A stretch of 64,000 bases of DNA. Origin: Pelagomonas calceolata. Its lineage: Eukaryota. Under the pieces are notes generated by a model. It did not search any database. It had not been told where the DNA came from and saw nothing but the letters and a program-made list of their open reading frames with translations. Every line of letters starts with the position of its first letter. The stretch's first letter is position 1. This document shows, piece by piece, positions 1 to 10,779 of the stretch. The DNA is taken from the NCBI GenBank assembly GCA_918797485.1, contig CAKKNE010000002.1, positions 2,170,001 to 2,234,000 on the forward strand, read 5' to 3'. The position numbers and the translations under genes were made by a program.

Positions 1-18
1 AGACCGCCCGTACACACA

Positions 19-630
19 ATGGCCCCATCAGAGCCTAAAAAGGAGAAAAAGGAGCGGACCCTCACGGGCCTCCACGTGCGCAAAAATCTGCGCCGCATGG
101 CCAGCGGCGGCAGCAGCCGAAAAGACGAAGAAGCGGCAAACGAGGACCTGCTTCGCGCCGACCGCGCCGAGGCCGCGGCGGCTGCGGCGGACGCCTGGCT
201 GTGCGAGGCGCGCCTGGCGCACGGGCGCGAGGTGGCGGCGCGCGCGGCCGCGGATTGCGATAACAGGGACGCGCTCGACCGCGCCGAGGCCGCGACCGTC
301 GCCGCCACTGCTGCGCTGGAGCTTGAGCGGCGCCGGGCGTGCGTGCTTGCGGACGAGAAGCGCGTGCTCATAGCTGAAGTGAAGCGCCTGCGTGGCGCGG
401 CCGAGGCCGCGGCGCAGGACGCGGCTGCGGCGCGCGCGGACCGAACGCGCCTCAAGAACGAGCGGCGGGCCCTCGCGAGGGAACTCCAGGCGACACGCAC
501 GGCGCTCGCGGCGGCCTCGAAGGCGCCACCGCCGCCAGCACCACCGCGCCCACCGCCGCCGCGGCCCCGCGCGTCGTCGTCCGAGGATCCCGAGGACGCC
601 GTCGTCCTCGAGATGCTGGGGATCTGTTAG
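19..630 (+). CDS. hypothetical coiled-coil protein
   Basis: 203-aa ATG ORF with Ala/Glu/Arg-rich heptads and a Pro-rich tail; converges on the next gene. Confidence 0.55.
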   Translation: MAPSEPKKEKKERTLTGLHVRKNLRRMASGGSSRKDEEAANEDLLRADRAEAAAAAADAWLCEARLAHGREVAARAAADCDNRDALDRAEAATVAATAALELERRRACVLADEKRVLIAEVKRLRGAAEAAAQDAAAARADRTRLKNERRALARELQATRTALAAASKAPPPPAPPRPPPPRPRASSSEDPEDAVVLEMLGIC

Positions 631-645
631 TAGTTGAATTGTGTG

Positions 646-1242
646 TTACCTATCTGGTGGCAGCGGCTCCCCCTCGACGTAGTTGCGCCAGGGGACGTCC
701 TCGATGTCGTCGAGCTGTGGGTCCCACGCGCCGGTGTGCAGGTCCTCGAGCCCGAGCCGCTCGCGCGCCTCCTCGCTCAGCAGCTGGACGACGACGCGAT
801 CCAGATCCACGCAGACCCAGTCGTCGCCCGCGCCGCGCTGGTGGCCCTCGGCGCGTGGCCTCGGGCCCGGTCGCCGCTTCGCCTCGACGAGCAGCGCGTC
901 GGCCAGCGCGCGGAGGTGCCGCTGCGACCGCGCCGACGCGAGGACCATCGCGTCGCACAAGTCGACGTTGCGCGGCCGTAGGGTCGTGACGTCGACGGCG
1001 CCCTCGGCTTCGAGGAGCGTTGCGACGGTTTTGGCGTCGAGCGGCTCAGTTGTCGGAGCGCGCCGCGCTCGCGTTTTGCCGCTTTTCTCCTTCTTCGTCG
1101 CCGGCGGCTTCCAGGTCCACGCGTCGGCGGCGTCGTCTCCTCCTGTGCTGCTTTGGAGTCGAGTGCTGCCCTGCAGCGTGATTGGTCGGACTGCACGGCA
1201 GCGGAGCGCGTTGAAAGCGCTGGCATTGATGCGAGCTAGCAT
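646..1242 (-). CDS. ribosomal silencing factor RsfS/Iojap (MALSU1-like), probably mitochondrial
   Basis: motifs CDAMVLASARSQRHLRALAD and DWVCVDLDRVVVQLLSEEARERLGLEDL; Arg/Ser-rich presequence. Confidence 0.85.
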   Translation of the reverse strand: MLARINASAFNALRCRAVRPITLQGSTRLQSSTGGDDAADAWTWKPPATKKEKSGKTRARRAPTTEPLDAKTVATLLEAEGAVDVTTLRPRNVDLCDAMVLASARSQRHLRALADALLVEAKRRPGPRPRAEGHQRGAGDDWVCVDLDRVVVQLLSEEARERLGLEDLHTGAWDPQLDDIEDVPWRNYVEGEPLPPDR

Positions 1243-1305
1243 TATCTGGCGTCAATGCTCATGAATAGGCGCGCTGTAGCCGTTTTTTGCCATGCTCTCT
1301 GCGAG

Positions 1306-1329
1306 GCTAGCGGCCTGTAAGACACTAGC
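1306..1329 (+). promoter_or_regulatory. 24-bp intergenic element, perfect copy
   Basis: gctagcggcctgtaagacactagc in the divergent gap 1242(-)/1546(+). Confidence 0.75.
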
Positions 1330-1545
1330 GCCAAATCGTGCAGCTATCCTTCTTCGGCCTACCCGTCGAAGTCTCAGTTGAGACCTCTCTGAAGCCGCAT
1401 CACACGTTTTTGCCGCAACGCCGCGGAGCGCCGCAACAGCGCCAAGAGCCGACGAGGCGGCAGCCCCAAAGAGGCAGCCCCCGCAAACAACGAGGCACAG
1501 CGGAGCGTCGACGAGGCGGCTGCCCCACGACCGGAGCAGAACCCA

Positions 1546-2427
1546 ATGGCGCTCTACGACGCGCTCCGCGTGAGCCCGACGGTGGACTTCGCCGCCGAGT
1601 TACTCCACGACCGCGGCAGTGACGAGATAGCCACGCTGCTCGAGGAATGTGGTATTGGGAGCGGCCCCGAGCTCCTCGCGAGGCTGCGGGGCCCGCCGCC
1701 CGGAGATGATGATGTAAACGCGCGCGTCGCGACGCTCAAGGAGACGTCGGGCCGCGTCCGGGACGAGATCGTCGTCCTGGAAAGAGTCAAAGACAAAATC
1801 CACCCCGGCCACGACGAGGCCGAGCAGGCCCTGGAAGGACTGGACTCGCAAATCCGGGCGCTCAAGGCGACGACCACTCGTTTGGAGGGCTACGAGACTG
1901 CATTAATACCACCTCCAGAAGGAGTGAGTGGAGGTGGCGCGAACGCCGCGAAAACACTGCGAAGTACATTAAATCAAGGCCCCCTCCACGACCCGACGCC
2001 GTGGTACGTCGACACCGGGCCTAGAAGGGACCCGGACAAGCCCGTCGACTTGCGGGCCGTCTTCGACGCGTTCTGCGCCCTGTACCGCCAAACGCACATG
2101 TCGAACATGACCTTCTGGAAGTTCTCGAACGACTCGTCGCTGATCGACGAGAACTACGTAAAAGCGGACGTCGACATCTTCTGGACCAAGATCGCCAAAT
2201 CGCGGCAGCACATCCCCTTCGAGGACTTTTTGCAGCTCGTGGACTTGATTGCCGAGCGCAAGGGCGTAGACCGCGCGGAACTGGACTTCTACATTGTGGA
2301 AAACGCCAAGCCGAAGATGACGGGTACCCGGGGCGCGGAGGCCTTCAGCTTCTGCAAGTGGGACGAGCAGAAGGCTGCGGAGAAGAAGCGAAGGCTCGAG
2401 GCCGAGGAGGCCAAGGGGACCGCGTGA
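1546..2427 (+). CDS. p25-alpha/TPPP-domain protein
   Basis: C-terminal LRAVFDAFC..MSNMTFWKFSNDSSLID..ADVDIFWTKI..IPFEDFLQLVDLIAERKG. Confidence 0.75.
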   Translation: MALYDALRVSPTVDFAAELLHDRGSDEIATLLEECGIGSGPELLARLRGPPPGDDDVNARVATLKETSGRVRDEIVVLERVKDKIHPGHDEAEQALEGLDSQIRALKATTTRLEGYETALIPPPEGVSGGGANAAKTLRSTLNQGPLHDPTPWYVDTGPRRDPDKPVDLRAVFDAFCALYRQTHMSNMTFWKFSNDSSLIDENYVKADVDIFWTKIAKSRQHIPFEDFLQLVDLIAERKGVDRAELDFYIVENAKPKMTGTRGAEAFSFCKWDEQKAAEKKRRLEAEEAKGTA

Positions 2428-2455
2428 AGGGGCGCGCGTAAGAACGAAGAGCAAC

Positions 2456-3436
2456 TTAGGGGGTACTGCGCGCCGAGAATCTTCGGTGGGGCCCGGACTG
2501 CGCCGCAGCAGATAATCTTCGGGTGACGAGCGGGAATTGAACGACGACCGCGCCCGCGTCCGCGGCGCCCTCGTACGCGTAGCCCAATTCCTTCTCTACG
2601 TCTAGGTCGATGCCCGCGCGGACCCCGGCCATGTCCGCCGACGAGAGCGCGGTCGTCGTCGTGGCTGGCGGCGCGACGCTCACCAGAGAGGTCTCGTCCG
2701 TCGCGCACTGCATGCCCATCACGTCCGTCAGGTGGCGGAAGAGGTCGAGGGGGCGCTTCCTCAGTCCTTCGAGTCGCACGCAGACGACGTTCGCCGGCGC
2801 GTCGCGGCAGCTGTCGCGGCGGTTGCGGTACCGCGCCGCCCGCAGCTTGAGGCCGTCGGCGTGGCTGCCCGGCGGCGCGCGCAGCTCGCCGTAGCACGGG
2901 ACCGTGCTGTTGCCGCAGAACGTCTCCGGCGCCGGCTCGCGCGTCGCCGTCTCGGCGCTCTCCAGCAGAAAAATAATGATATGGTTCGCCGAGACCTTCT
3001 TGAGGTCTAGAAGCCCACTCCGCGCGCCCAGCGCGGCGCCCTGCGCGAATTTTGTAGGACCGTGGTCGGTGAGCGGCAGCCAGAAGGACCCGTTCGCGCA
3101 GTTCTTCTTCAGGAGCTCCTCGACCCAGGCCGCATTTGGATCAGCGATGGCTTGCCGGCGCCACCAGGGCCGCAGGTCCGGGGCGTCATTATTTGATCGA
3201 GCGGCCGCGTCGCCCTTGACGACGACGGTGCGCCCTTGGGGCGAGCGCACGGCGCGCGGCGCGGGCAGCGGGTAGCCGATGGGGATGCGGGGCGCGGAGC
3301 CGACGCCGTGATGGGGCCAATCGCTGCCGACGCGGCGCGTGCCGCCGGCCCAAGCCGTCGCGACCAGGGTCGCGCCCACGAGGACGGCGCGCGTGGCGGC
3401 TGCCGGTCCCATCAGCAGGGATGGGGGGTTTTGCAC
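2456..3436 (-). CDS. hypothetical protein with N-terminal hydrophobic segment
   Basis: 326-aa ATG ORF converging on the previous gene; no family recognised. Confidence 0.55.
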   Translation of the reverse strand: MQNPPSLLMGPAAATRAVLVGATLVATAWAGGTRRVGSDWPHHGVGSAPRIPIGYPLPAPRAVRSPQGRTVVVKGDAAARSNNDAPDLRPWWRRQAIADPNAAWVEELLKKNCANGSFWLPLTDHGPTKFAQGAALGARSGLLDLKKVSANHIIIFLLESAETATREPAPETFCGNSTVPCYGELRAPPGSHADGLKLRAARYRNRRDSCRDAPANVVCVRLEGLRKRPLDLFRHLTDVMGMQCATDETSLVSVAPPATTTTALSSADMAGVRAGIDLDVEKELGYAYEGAADAGAVVVQFPLVTRRLSAAAQSGPHRRFSARSTP

Positions 3437-3573
3437 CAGCGGAAATCTGCAGGGGCAGCGCGTGGCGAGGCTGCGATCAGCTCAAAAAGTTGTCTCAAGG
3501 GCTGCCGATTCTAGCCCTCCTGGAGTTGCTCCCAACTGAGTCCCCTCTTTTTTTTGCACGCTTGCTTGCTGGT

Positions 3574-3616
3574 GTACCGTAGGTATGGTACCATACGGTA
3601 CCATACTTATGGTACC
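3574..3616. repeat. palindromic GGTACC cluster
   Basis: perfect palindrome gtatggtaccatac at 3583-3596; three GGTACC sites; outer arms gtaccgta/tacggtac. Confidence 0.6.
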
Positions 3617-3856
3617 CCGAGGGGCCTTAAATAAAAAAAAGCTTTGCTTAGAGCTAGGCCGCCTAGCCACCCGGCCGCCGCGGGGTCTGCGTGACCGAAC
3701 GCCCACCAAAAAATTATGTGGCGGTCACGGGGATTTTTTTTCTGCAGAACCCGCACAGTCGAGCCGGTCCCCGCATCTATCATAGATAGATAGAACGTTT
3801 AGACATAGGGGGAGAGGTACACGGTGGCACACATGTCAGGGGAGAGAGGGGAAGCT

Positions 3857-6800
3857 TCAGTAGTCGGCGCCGTCGCCGTCGGAGGAGGACGAGTCGTCGT
3901 CGCGCATGCGGCGGTGCGCCGGCGGCGGCTCGTCGTCCGAGGCGTCGTCGTCGGACATGTCCTCGACGAACGCGGCGAGCCCAGCGAGGTAACGCAGCTT
4001 GTGGTGCGGCATCTTCTTCACGTCGCCGGCCGTCGCGAGGACCGAGAGCGCGTCCGTGCCGCCGCCGCCGCCGGCGGCCTGGGCCTCGCGCGAGCGGTAG
4101 GCGATGAGCCGCTCCTCGGCCGTGCCGCGCAGGAAGTAGCTCGTCGTCGACACCGAGCGCTCCTGGCCGATGCGGTGGCAGCGGTTCATGGCCTGCGCCT
4201 CTTCGCCGACGGAGAGGAACGGTTCGAGCAGGAACAGGTGGCGCGCAGCCGTCAGCGTCAGGCCCGCGGCCGCCGCGCCGGCGTGGAGGACGAACACAGC
4301 ACAGTCGGGGTCCTCGCGCCACTTCTTGACCGCCTCCTGCATCGCGTCGGCGGAGTCGCCCTTTGCGACGGAGACACAGTCGAGGCCCGCGCCCTTCAGA
4401 GCTAAGACGCAGTGCTGCACCGCCGGCTTGATCGAGCTGACGACGACAGCTTTTTCGGCGGGGCCGCCGGCGATAGCCGCCGTGACATCTCTCAGGAGTC
4501 GCTTCATCTTTGTCGACGGCGCCTGGCGCGCCGTCAGGATGTGCGCGAGCAGGTTGGGCGGGATGTTCGGGTACGCGTGGCGGTCCGCGAGGCGTACCGG
4601 GACAGAGGGAGGCGCGAGCTCCTCGAGCGCGGCCTTGGGCGCGTGCGGCGTCCACTCCGGCGGCCGCGCGGCGTCGAGCGGCGGCGGCGGCGCGTCGGCC
4701 ATGGGCTCGTCTCCATCATCTTCTTCAATCTCGGGGGCCGGCGGCGGCGCGCGCGGGGGCTCCGTCACGAGCACGCAGTCTCTCACGACATACTCGCGGC
4801 GACACAAAACGCACGGCGCGGCGAGGCGCCCATCGTTGGCCAGGGCGACGGCCCGGTCGCGCGGCACGCCCCGGCGCGCCGCCTGGTCCACGCCGTTCGA
4901 GAGCACCTGCTGCTGGGCGCAGCCGAGGCACACGGCGTGCACGCACGGCGTGTAACACAGCGAGGCGATTGAAGATGGAGCGTTCGGGTCCGTGTTGAAC
5001 GACGCAAAGCACACGGGGCACTTGCCGGCCTTGCCGCCCTCCTCGAGCTTGGCGAGGTCCTGGAGACCGCTCTGCTCGACGCGGGCCTGGAGTTCGATCT
5101 TCGTGGAACCTCTATTCTCGAAGAAGGCGCGCGCCTCGCGCGGCATCGGTCGGAGCACTGCCTTGCGCGCCTTGACGTAAGCGTCGCGCTTCCTCTTCCA
5201 GGCCGCGTAGAGCTCGTGCTTCTTGTCCGGTCCCGCGGCGGCCGCGCGCGCGCCGAGCCGCGCGACGAGCTCCGAGTCGCGCTCCGGCGCGTGGGCCTTC
5301 TCGACGGCCTCGACGGCCGCCTTCTGCTCGGCCGTCGCGTCCGCACCCAGGACTTCCAACGCGCGCATGTAGTCGCGCTCGCCGTCGCGCGCCGCCTTCA
5401 TGTGGTTAAGAGCTTCGTCCTCTAGACCTTTGAGCGCGTCGTCGCCGCGCCGCTGCTGCAAGACGTGGAGCTGCGACCGGGCGTCGGACGCGAGCGACGC
5501 CGCCTCGGCCGCCTCGCTTCGGAGATGCGCGGCCGACGCCGCCTCGACCTGGGCCGCGTGCGCGCGCACGTCGGCAGCGACGACGGCGTCGAGGGCCTCG
5601 CGGCACGCGTCGTCGCGCGGGCGCCGCCGCCGCAGCTCGTCGAGCGTCCGCGTCGCGGCGGCCTGCGCCGTGTCGCGCGCCGCCGCCGCCGCGTCGCGCT
5701 GCGTGCGGTGCTCGTCGGCCGACGAGCGCAGGCGCGTCAGCAGCTCGCGCACCGTGATCAGCTTGAGGTGGTTCTCGGCCGTGGCCTTCGCCGCCTGCTG
5801 CGTGATCTCGCGTGCCGCCTTCCACGCAAAGATCCGTAGCGGGCCGCGGCCGGGGCGCAGGGCGCCCGCGTCGTCCAGGCCGTCGACTAATGCTTCGATT
5901 CGTTCGAGGACGGGCGCCGTCTCCGCCACGCCGCGCTTGGCCAGGTGGCGCCGCACGTCCGCGGGCCGCAAGCCGAAGTTAATCACAAATCTAGCAATGG
6001 CGCGGCGGCGGCGCCTCACGACGAACGCGCGCTGAGCGTCCGTGAAAGCGTCCAGGTCCGCCGCCAGGTGCTCCTCGGCGGCGCCCGCCCCGAGCGCGAG
6101 CTTGTGCAACAACCACCAGAGGCAGCCCGCGAGCGCGCCGGCCCGGAACTGGAGGCGCGACTCCTCGAGGTCCGCGGCGTAGGACGCGGTCTCGTGGAGG
6201 CGCTGCATGAGGGTCAGCGTAGAGTACTGCCGGTCCGTCGCGCGCGCGCGCGAGTTGGCGTTCCCGTGGCCGACGAAGTTCTCGCGGCCGACGCCGGTGC
6301 GGTCCTCGCGCGCGCCTCTCGCGAGCCGGTCCTGCACGCCCTGGGCCTGGCGCGCCGCGGCTTGGTTTCTATCAGAGGCGCCAAAGTGCGCGATGGCGTC
6401 GCCGGGCGTCATAAGCGGCGGAGAATAGGCGAGGACGCCTGCCCCCGAGCCTTGGGCGCTTCTGGACCGCGCGTCGCGGCAGCGCTGGTCGTAGATGCGG
6501 CAGACCTCGTTGAAGCGCCTAAAGTCCGTGAGCGCGTCGGCCCGCGTATCCTGGACCTTGACCCTTCCATCCAGCCCGACGCACGACTGGCGCAGCACCT
6601 CGAGGCACACCTGCTTGTGGCGGCTCAGGTCGCGGTTCGCCTCGCGCGACATGCCGGTCGTCGACGCGGGCATCGCCCCGACGACGGCGCCCACGGCCGC
6701 GTCGATGGCGCGCAGCGCCAGTTGTTCCGAGGAGCCATCTTCCAGGTCGACGGCGACGACGCGGTCGCCGCGCGCCGGCAGCTCCAAGATCGGCCGGCCC

Positions 6801-8873
6801 TCGGCCGGGCCCGACGCCCAGACCTGGGCCTTGGACCGCCGGAGGGCCACGCGCCTCAGTAAAAGTTCGAGCCGCTCCAGCGCGACGGGGTCCTGCTCGC
6901 TCCACGGCTTCTGGACGCAGTGGCTCCAGAAGCCGTCGGTCGCATCAGACAAGGAAAAGGGCAGTACTCCCAGAAAACGTAATTCGCCGTTGAGGTCCTG
7001 GATGCCCTGCGTCAGCGGCGTGCCGCTGACCATCCACCTGGACGTCGTATGTAAAGCAGCGCAGGTCCGCGCGACGGCCGTGTTCGGCGACGAGACCATC
7101 TGCATCTCGTCGAGGACGACGCGCCTGTGCGGTAAGCCTAAGACGCTTCGTGCGAGGACGCCAAGCACTCTCGCGCTGCGTCGAGGCGGCCAGAATAGTA
7201 AATAATACCTCCAGGCTGGCCTGACGCACTGGTTGATTTCGCACTGCGACGCGCGTCCAGCGGATCTGCGCGAGCGGGTTCACGTCGCCGCGCCCAGAAT
7301 ACGGGCCGCCGGCCTGCATCGTGTTGTAGGTGACGATCACGATGTCGTGGTCCGCCAGTCTCTCCAGCGACCTTTTCCGGACGGCGAAGAACTCCTCGGA
7401 CTTCTTCTGCGAGCCCTTGCTCCGCGGCGCGATCAGTGCCTCGCGCTTTTTGTCGGTGACGAAGACCTTGACGGATAACGGGTTCGAGGCCACGATCGAC
7501 TTAGTGATCTCGTTGACCCACTGCGACACGAGCGCCGGCGGCACGACGATGAGCGTGGCGCGCGACGCGACGAGCGGGCCCTCTTCATTATGATTCTTCG
7601 CGAGCCCAGGCGCCTTGAGCTGTTCGACCGTGGCCGGCGCGGCACACACTAAGCCCAGTAATTCAACCGTTTTCCCCATGCTTATCTCGTCACATAATAA
7701 CCCGCCCGACGCAGTCGGCGGCTCCTCGAGGCGGCACTCGCCTAAGTCGGGAGCGAACCAGTACTCGCCGCCGTCCGCGAAGGCTCGCTTCTCCCAAAAT
7801 AAATCGTTGAGGTTGCGGCCCTCCATCTGGCGCATCCAGCGGATCGCCTGGAGCTGGTAGGGCTTCATCGGCAGCGCGATCCGAGACGGCTGCGGGTCTT
7901 CCGCGCAGCCCGTGTGCTCGGCGGAGCGCATGACGCCCTCGAGCGTGAAGGGCGCCGCGCTTCCATTTTGTGAGGACGTCGCGAAGAGGTCTAGCTGCGT
8001 TGGTGGCGCTGCGCGCGGCGTCACGGCGCCGGCGAGCGTCGTGAGGCCGTTGAGCACGTTCCGGACCGAGGGGTCGGCGATGAGATAGAAGAGAACCCTC
8101 GTCGCGTAGGCTCTTATTTCAACAGTGAAATCCGCTCCCTCGACCTTCGTCACGTAACATAAACACTTGAGGCACGGCGGCATGTTTTTGGGGAGTTGGG
8201 CCGGGGAAGCTAACGAAGCAGCCGACGCGAGGAACGTCGCCGCGTCGTCGTCCTGTGCTAGGATCTTGCCCGCCGCGACGTCATCTTCTAAACGTCGGAC
8301 GGTCGTCGTGACGCCGTCGTTCGGCTTCGCGGCCTCGCCGTCGTTATCGTAGTTCACGGGACCGTAATGCCTTTGAGTTTCTTTGCGCGTCGCTTTCACG
8401 CCCCGGCAGAGCTTCTTCACGACGCTCGAGGCGTCGGTGCCCGACGGTAGCGAGAACTCGAGCGTGCGGGACCCCACGAACCGACAGGGCTCGTCGACAG
8501 CCGTCCATTGCATGGTCATAGCGCCCGACGCCTCGGAGCTCCACTGATAGACCGTGCCATTCCTTTCCAACCGCTCGAACTTCTCGATGGGGCGCGCGAA
8601 ACGCGCGCGGGGGCCGACCCTTACTTCTCCGGTGCGGACGGGCGCGCGCGGCGCGCCGCTCGCGAAGCCGATCGTCGCGGCCGCCGGCGGCAGGGCGAGG
8701 GTCCGCGGGCCGGGCTCCGCCTTGACGCGCGGCTTCTTCGCGCGCTTGGGCTTGGCGTCGCCTTCCGCGGCGGCGCGCTTGGCCGGCTTCTTGGCCGCCG
8801 GCTTGGCCGGTTTCTTTTCGGTTTTAACCTTCTCGGTTTTCACGGTGACCGTGCTCTTGCGTTTGGGCGGCAT
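3857..8873 (-). CDS. Rad5/SHPRH-like SNF2 helicase with RING finger (2 exons; intron 7125-7254)
   Basis: KPYQLQAIRWM, GGLLCDEISMGKT, ATLIVVPPALVSQW; splicing gives IRWTRVVLDEMQ; RING CPVC..CVHAVCLGC..CVLC; AGLTLTAA, QAMNRCHRIGQ. Confidence 0.9.
7125..7254 (-). mobile_element. introner (GC-AG intron) with perfect 8-bp TSD
   Basis: TSD gcgcgtcg at 7247-7254 and 7117-7124; element starts cagtgcgaaatcaaccagtgcgtc and ends cgcacag; removal fuses the 642-aa and 1103-aa ORFs. Confidence 0.9.
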
Positions 8874-9143
8874 GTTAGCGTCCTTCCTTCGATACTGTGG
8901 TGCCGGGTGGCGTTAATGACGTGGAGGTCTCACCGTCTGCGTCCACGCAGGAGCTCGAAGGCGCGCTTCGCGCGCTTGCCTTCGCCTCGGCTTTCAAAAA
9001 GTCCGCGCTGCACGATCAGCTGCTGCCGTTTCGCGCTCCAATCGACGCGCGCTGTGGAGCAGTGTAGACAACAATGCTCGGCTACGCTGTGTACGTCACG
9101 TTTGCGTCTAATGCGATGACCGCAGCGCGATTAGGAGATCGAT

Positions 9144-9167
9144 CTAGCGACCTGTAAGACACACTAG
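9144..9167 (+). promoter_or_regulatory. 24-bp intergenic element (variant)
   Basis: ctagcgacctgtaagacacactag upstream of the SNF2 gene. Confidence 0.7.
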
Positions 9168-9205
9168 GAAACCAAGCCTCACACTGTGAGTCACAGACAC
9201 AGAAG

Positions 9206-10041
9206 TTAAGCAGACAAGTCCCCAAGGATCCCGTGCAGCGCCCCGACCTCGGCGGACGTCGCCGCGGCCCGTCGCAACACCCGCCGCGCGACCGCGAGGC
9301 GGGGATCCGCTGCCACCTGCGTGGAAAGCAAATTCCAGGCGCCCACGCCATCGACGCGACGTTGATTTCCACACAGGCGGACACCTTGCCGCGGCTCGTC
9401 GCGCGGAAACCCTCGTCGGCCCCGAGCGCCGCGCCCAGGCGAGACACGAGCGCGTCGATGGTCGCGTCGGGCGCGACGTCGGGCGCCGCCGGCGCCTCGG
9501 AGTCCGCCCTCGCATAAATGTCCGCCAGCGCGATGGAGACCGCGTGCGACAGGTTCAGCGACTCGGCGCTATCAATCTCGACGGACGCGCCGCACCGCGC
9601 GAGCTCCTCCGCCCGCAACCCGTCCGCCTCCCGCCCGAACACGAGCGCCGTCCTACCGTCAACGCGCGCCGCGAGCGCCGGCGCGGCCGCCGCGAATTGA
9701 TCATTTGCGCGTCCGCGCCCGGAAAACGCCACGGAGAACTCGACGTCCCGTAACGCATCGTCCAAGGTGTCACATACAATGGTCCGCTCGTCCCGCACCG
9801 CGCGGCCCTGGGGCATCGCGAAGCGCCTTTCATAGGTCGCGTCGGCGTCGCGGTCGTACTCTGGTTTGACTAATTTCAGCCGCCCGACCTCGAAGCAGGC
9901 GCACAGACGCAATGCTTGTCCAACGTTTGAAGCGTACTGCGGCCCAACTAGCACGACGTCGATGTGCTGCAGTCGGAGAGCGCTGGTGACCGGCAGGTGC
10001 AGCAGCAGCAGCATGCATGCAACGCAGCGTTTCTGGCGCAT
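9206..10041 (-). CDS. TrmH/SpoU-family (TrmJ-like) RNA methyltransferase (intron 9317-9384)
   Basis: VVLVGPQYASNVGQALR, ALVFGREADGL, SLNLSHAV; spliced C-terminus RRVLRRAAATSAEVGALHGILG. Confidence 0.85.
9317..9384 (-). mobile_element. introner (GT-AG, 68 nt)
   Basis: TIR ctgtgtggaaatcaa..ttgctttccacgcag; TSD gtgtccgc/gtggcagc; core cgcgtcgatggcgtgg. Confidence 0.9.
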
Positions 10042-10122
10042 GGTTCGTGTGCGACCTCGATCCGGAACAATGCCACAATCTATTCGTCCAGAGAGCGTCT
10101 GATCAGCGCGTTTGCTCACTTT

Positions 10123-10146
10123 GCTAGTGTCTTACCTCACGCTAGC
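10123..10146 (-). promoter_or_regulatory. 24-bp intergenic element (variant)
   Basis: gctagtgtcttacctcacgctagc in the divergent gap. Confidence 0.7.
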
Positions 10147-10241
10147 ACCTCGATCCTGGGCATTTGCGAGGTTCACGGGGCTCAGAGATCATCAGCAGCT
10201 CGTCGGTAGATAGCTGAGTCGTTGTCCGACCACAAGAAACC

Positions 10242-10779
10242 ATGCGCGTATCAATCTCTGCTGTCCTGGCAGCTATCTTGCCAACCGATGCGCTGCAGCT
10301 CACGCGGCGCCAGCTTGCCGGCGCCGCAGCGTTTGGATTCGTGCCGGCCGCGCGGGCCGACGTGCCAGTCGACCCCTTCAACAGCATGTGCCTCGGCTTC
10401 GGCTGCAACTCGCCGCAGGGCGTCGACAGCCCCGGTGCGCCGGCGCCGACCGACGAGGACTCGATCCCCTGGAAGCAAGCCTTGGAGCTCATCGAGGCGA
10501 AGAAGGTCAAGAGTGTGGAATTCAACGACGTCGCGATGGACAAATGCTGGGTCGTGACGAGCGACGGGCGGTTTAGGGTCGGAGAGGGGTACCCGTGAAT
10601 TGCGGCGTCCTTTGGTAGTTATACGAAGATACGCCATCGACGCGTATCTGACGGCGTCTGTGCCACACAGGATCGAGGACGGCCGGTCGTGGTCGTCGCC
10701 GCTCTTCGTGACGCGGATCTTGGACAACAACCAGATCCCGCGGACGTACGTCGGGGGGCTCAAGCGGAAGTCTAGGTAA
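10242..10779 (+). CDS. hypothetical plastid (thylakoid-lumen-like) protein (intron 10595-10670)
   Basis: signal peptide followed by LTRRQLAGAAAF..ARA; the GT..cacacag intron removes the apparent stop and the frame continues PIEDGRSWSSPLFV to TAA at 10779. Confidence 0.65.
10595..10670 (+). mobile_element. degenerate introner-like intron (76 nt)
   Basis: gtgaat..ccacacag containing core acgccatcgacgcg. Confidence 0.65.

Noticed and set aside
4170..7205. Long antisense and alternate-frame ORFs here and throughout the window
   Set aside because: Expected from very high GC; low-complexity Arg/Ala/Pro translations overlapping well-supported genes
6945..7254. Frameshifted SNF2 pseudogene or two separate genes
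   Set aside because: A GC-AG introner with a perfect TSD restores the Walker B motif
10596..10598. TGA as selenocysteine or read-through
   Set aside because: It lies inside the predicted 10595-10670 intron
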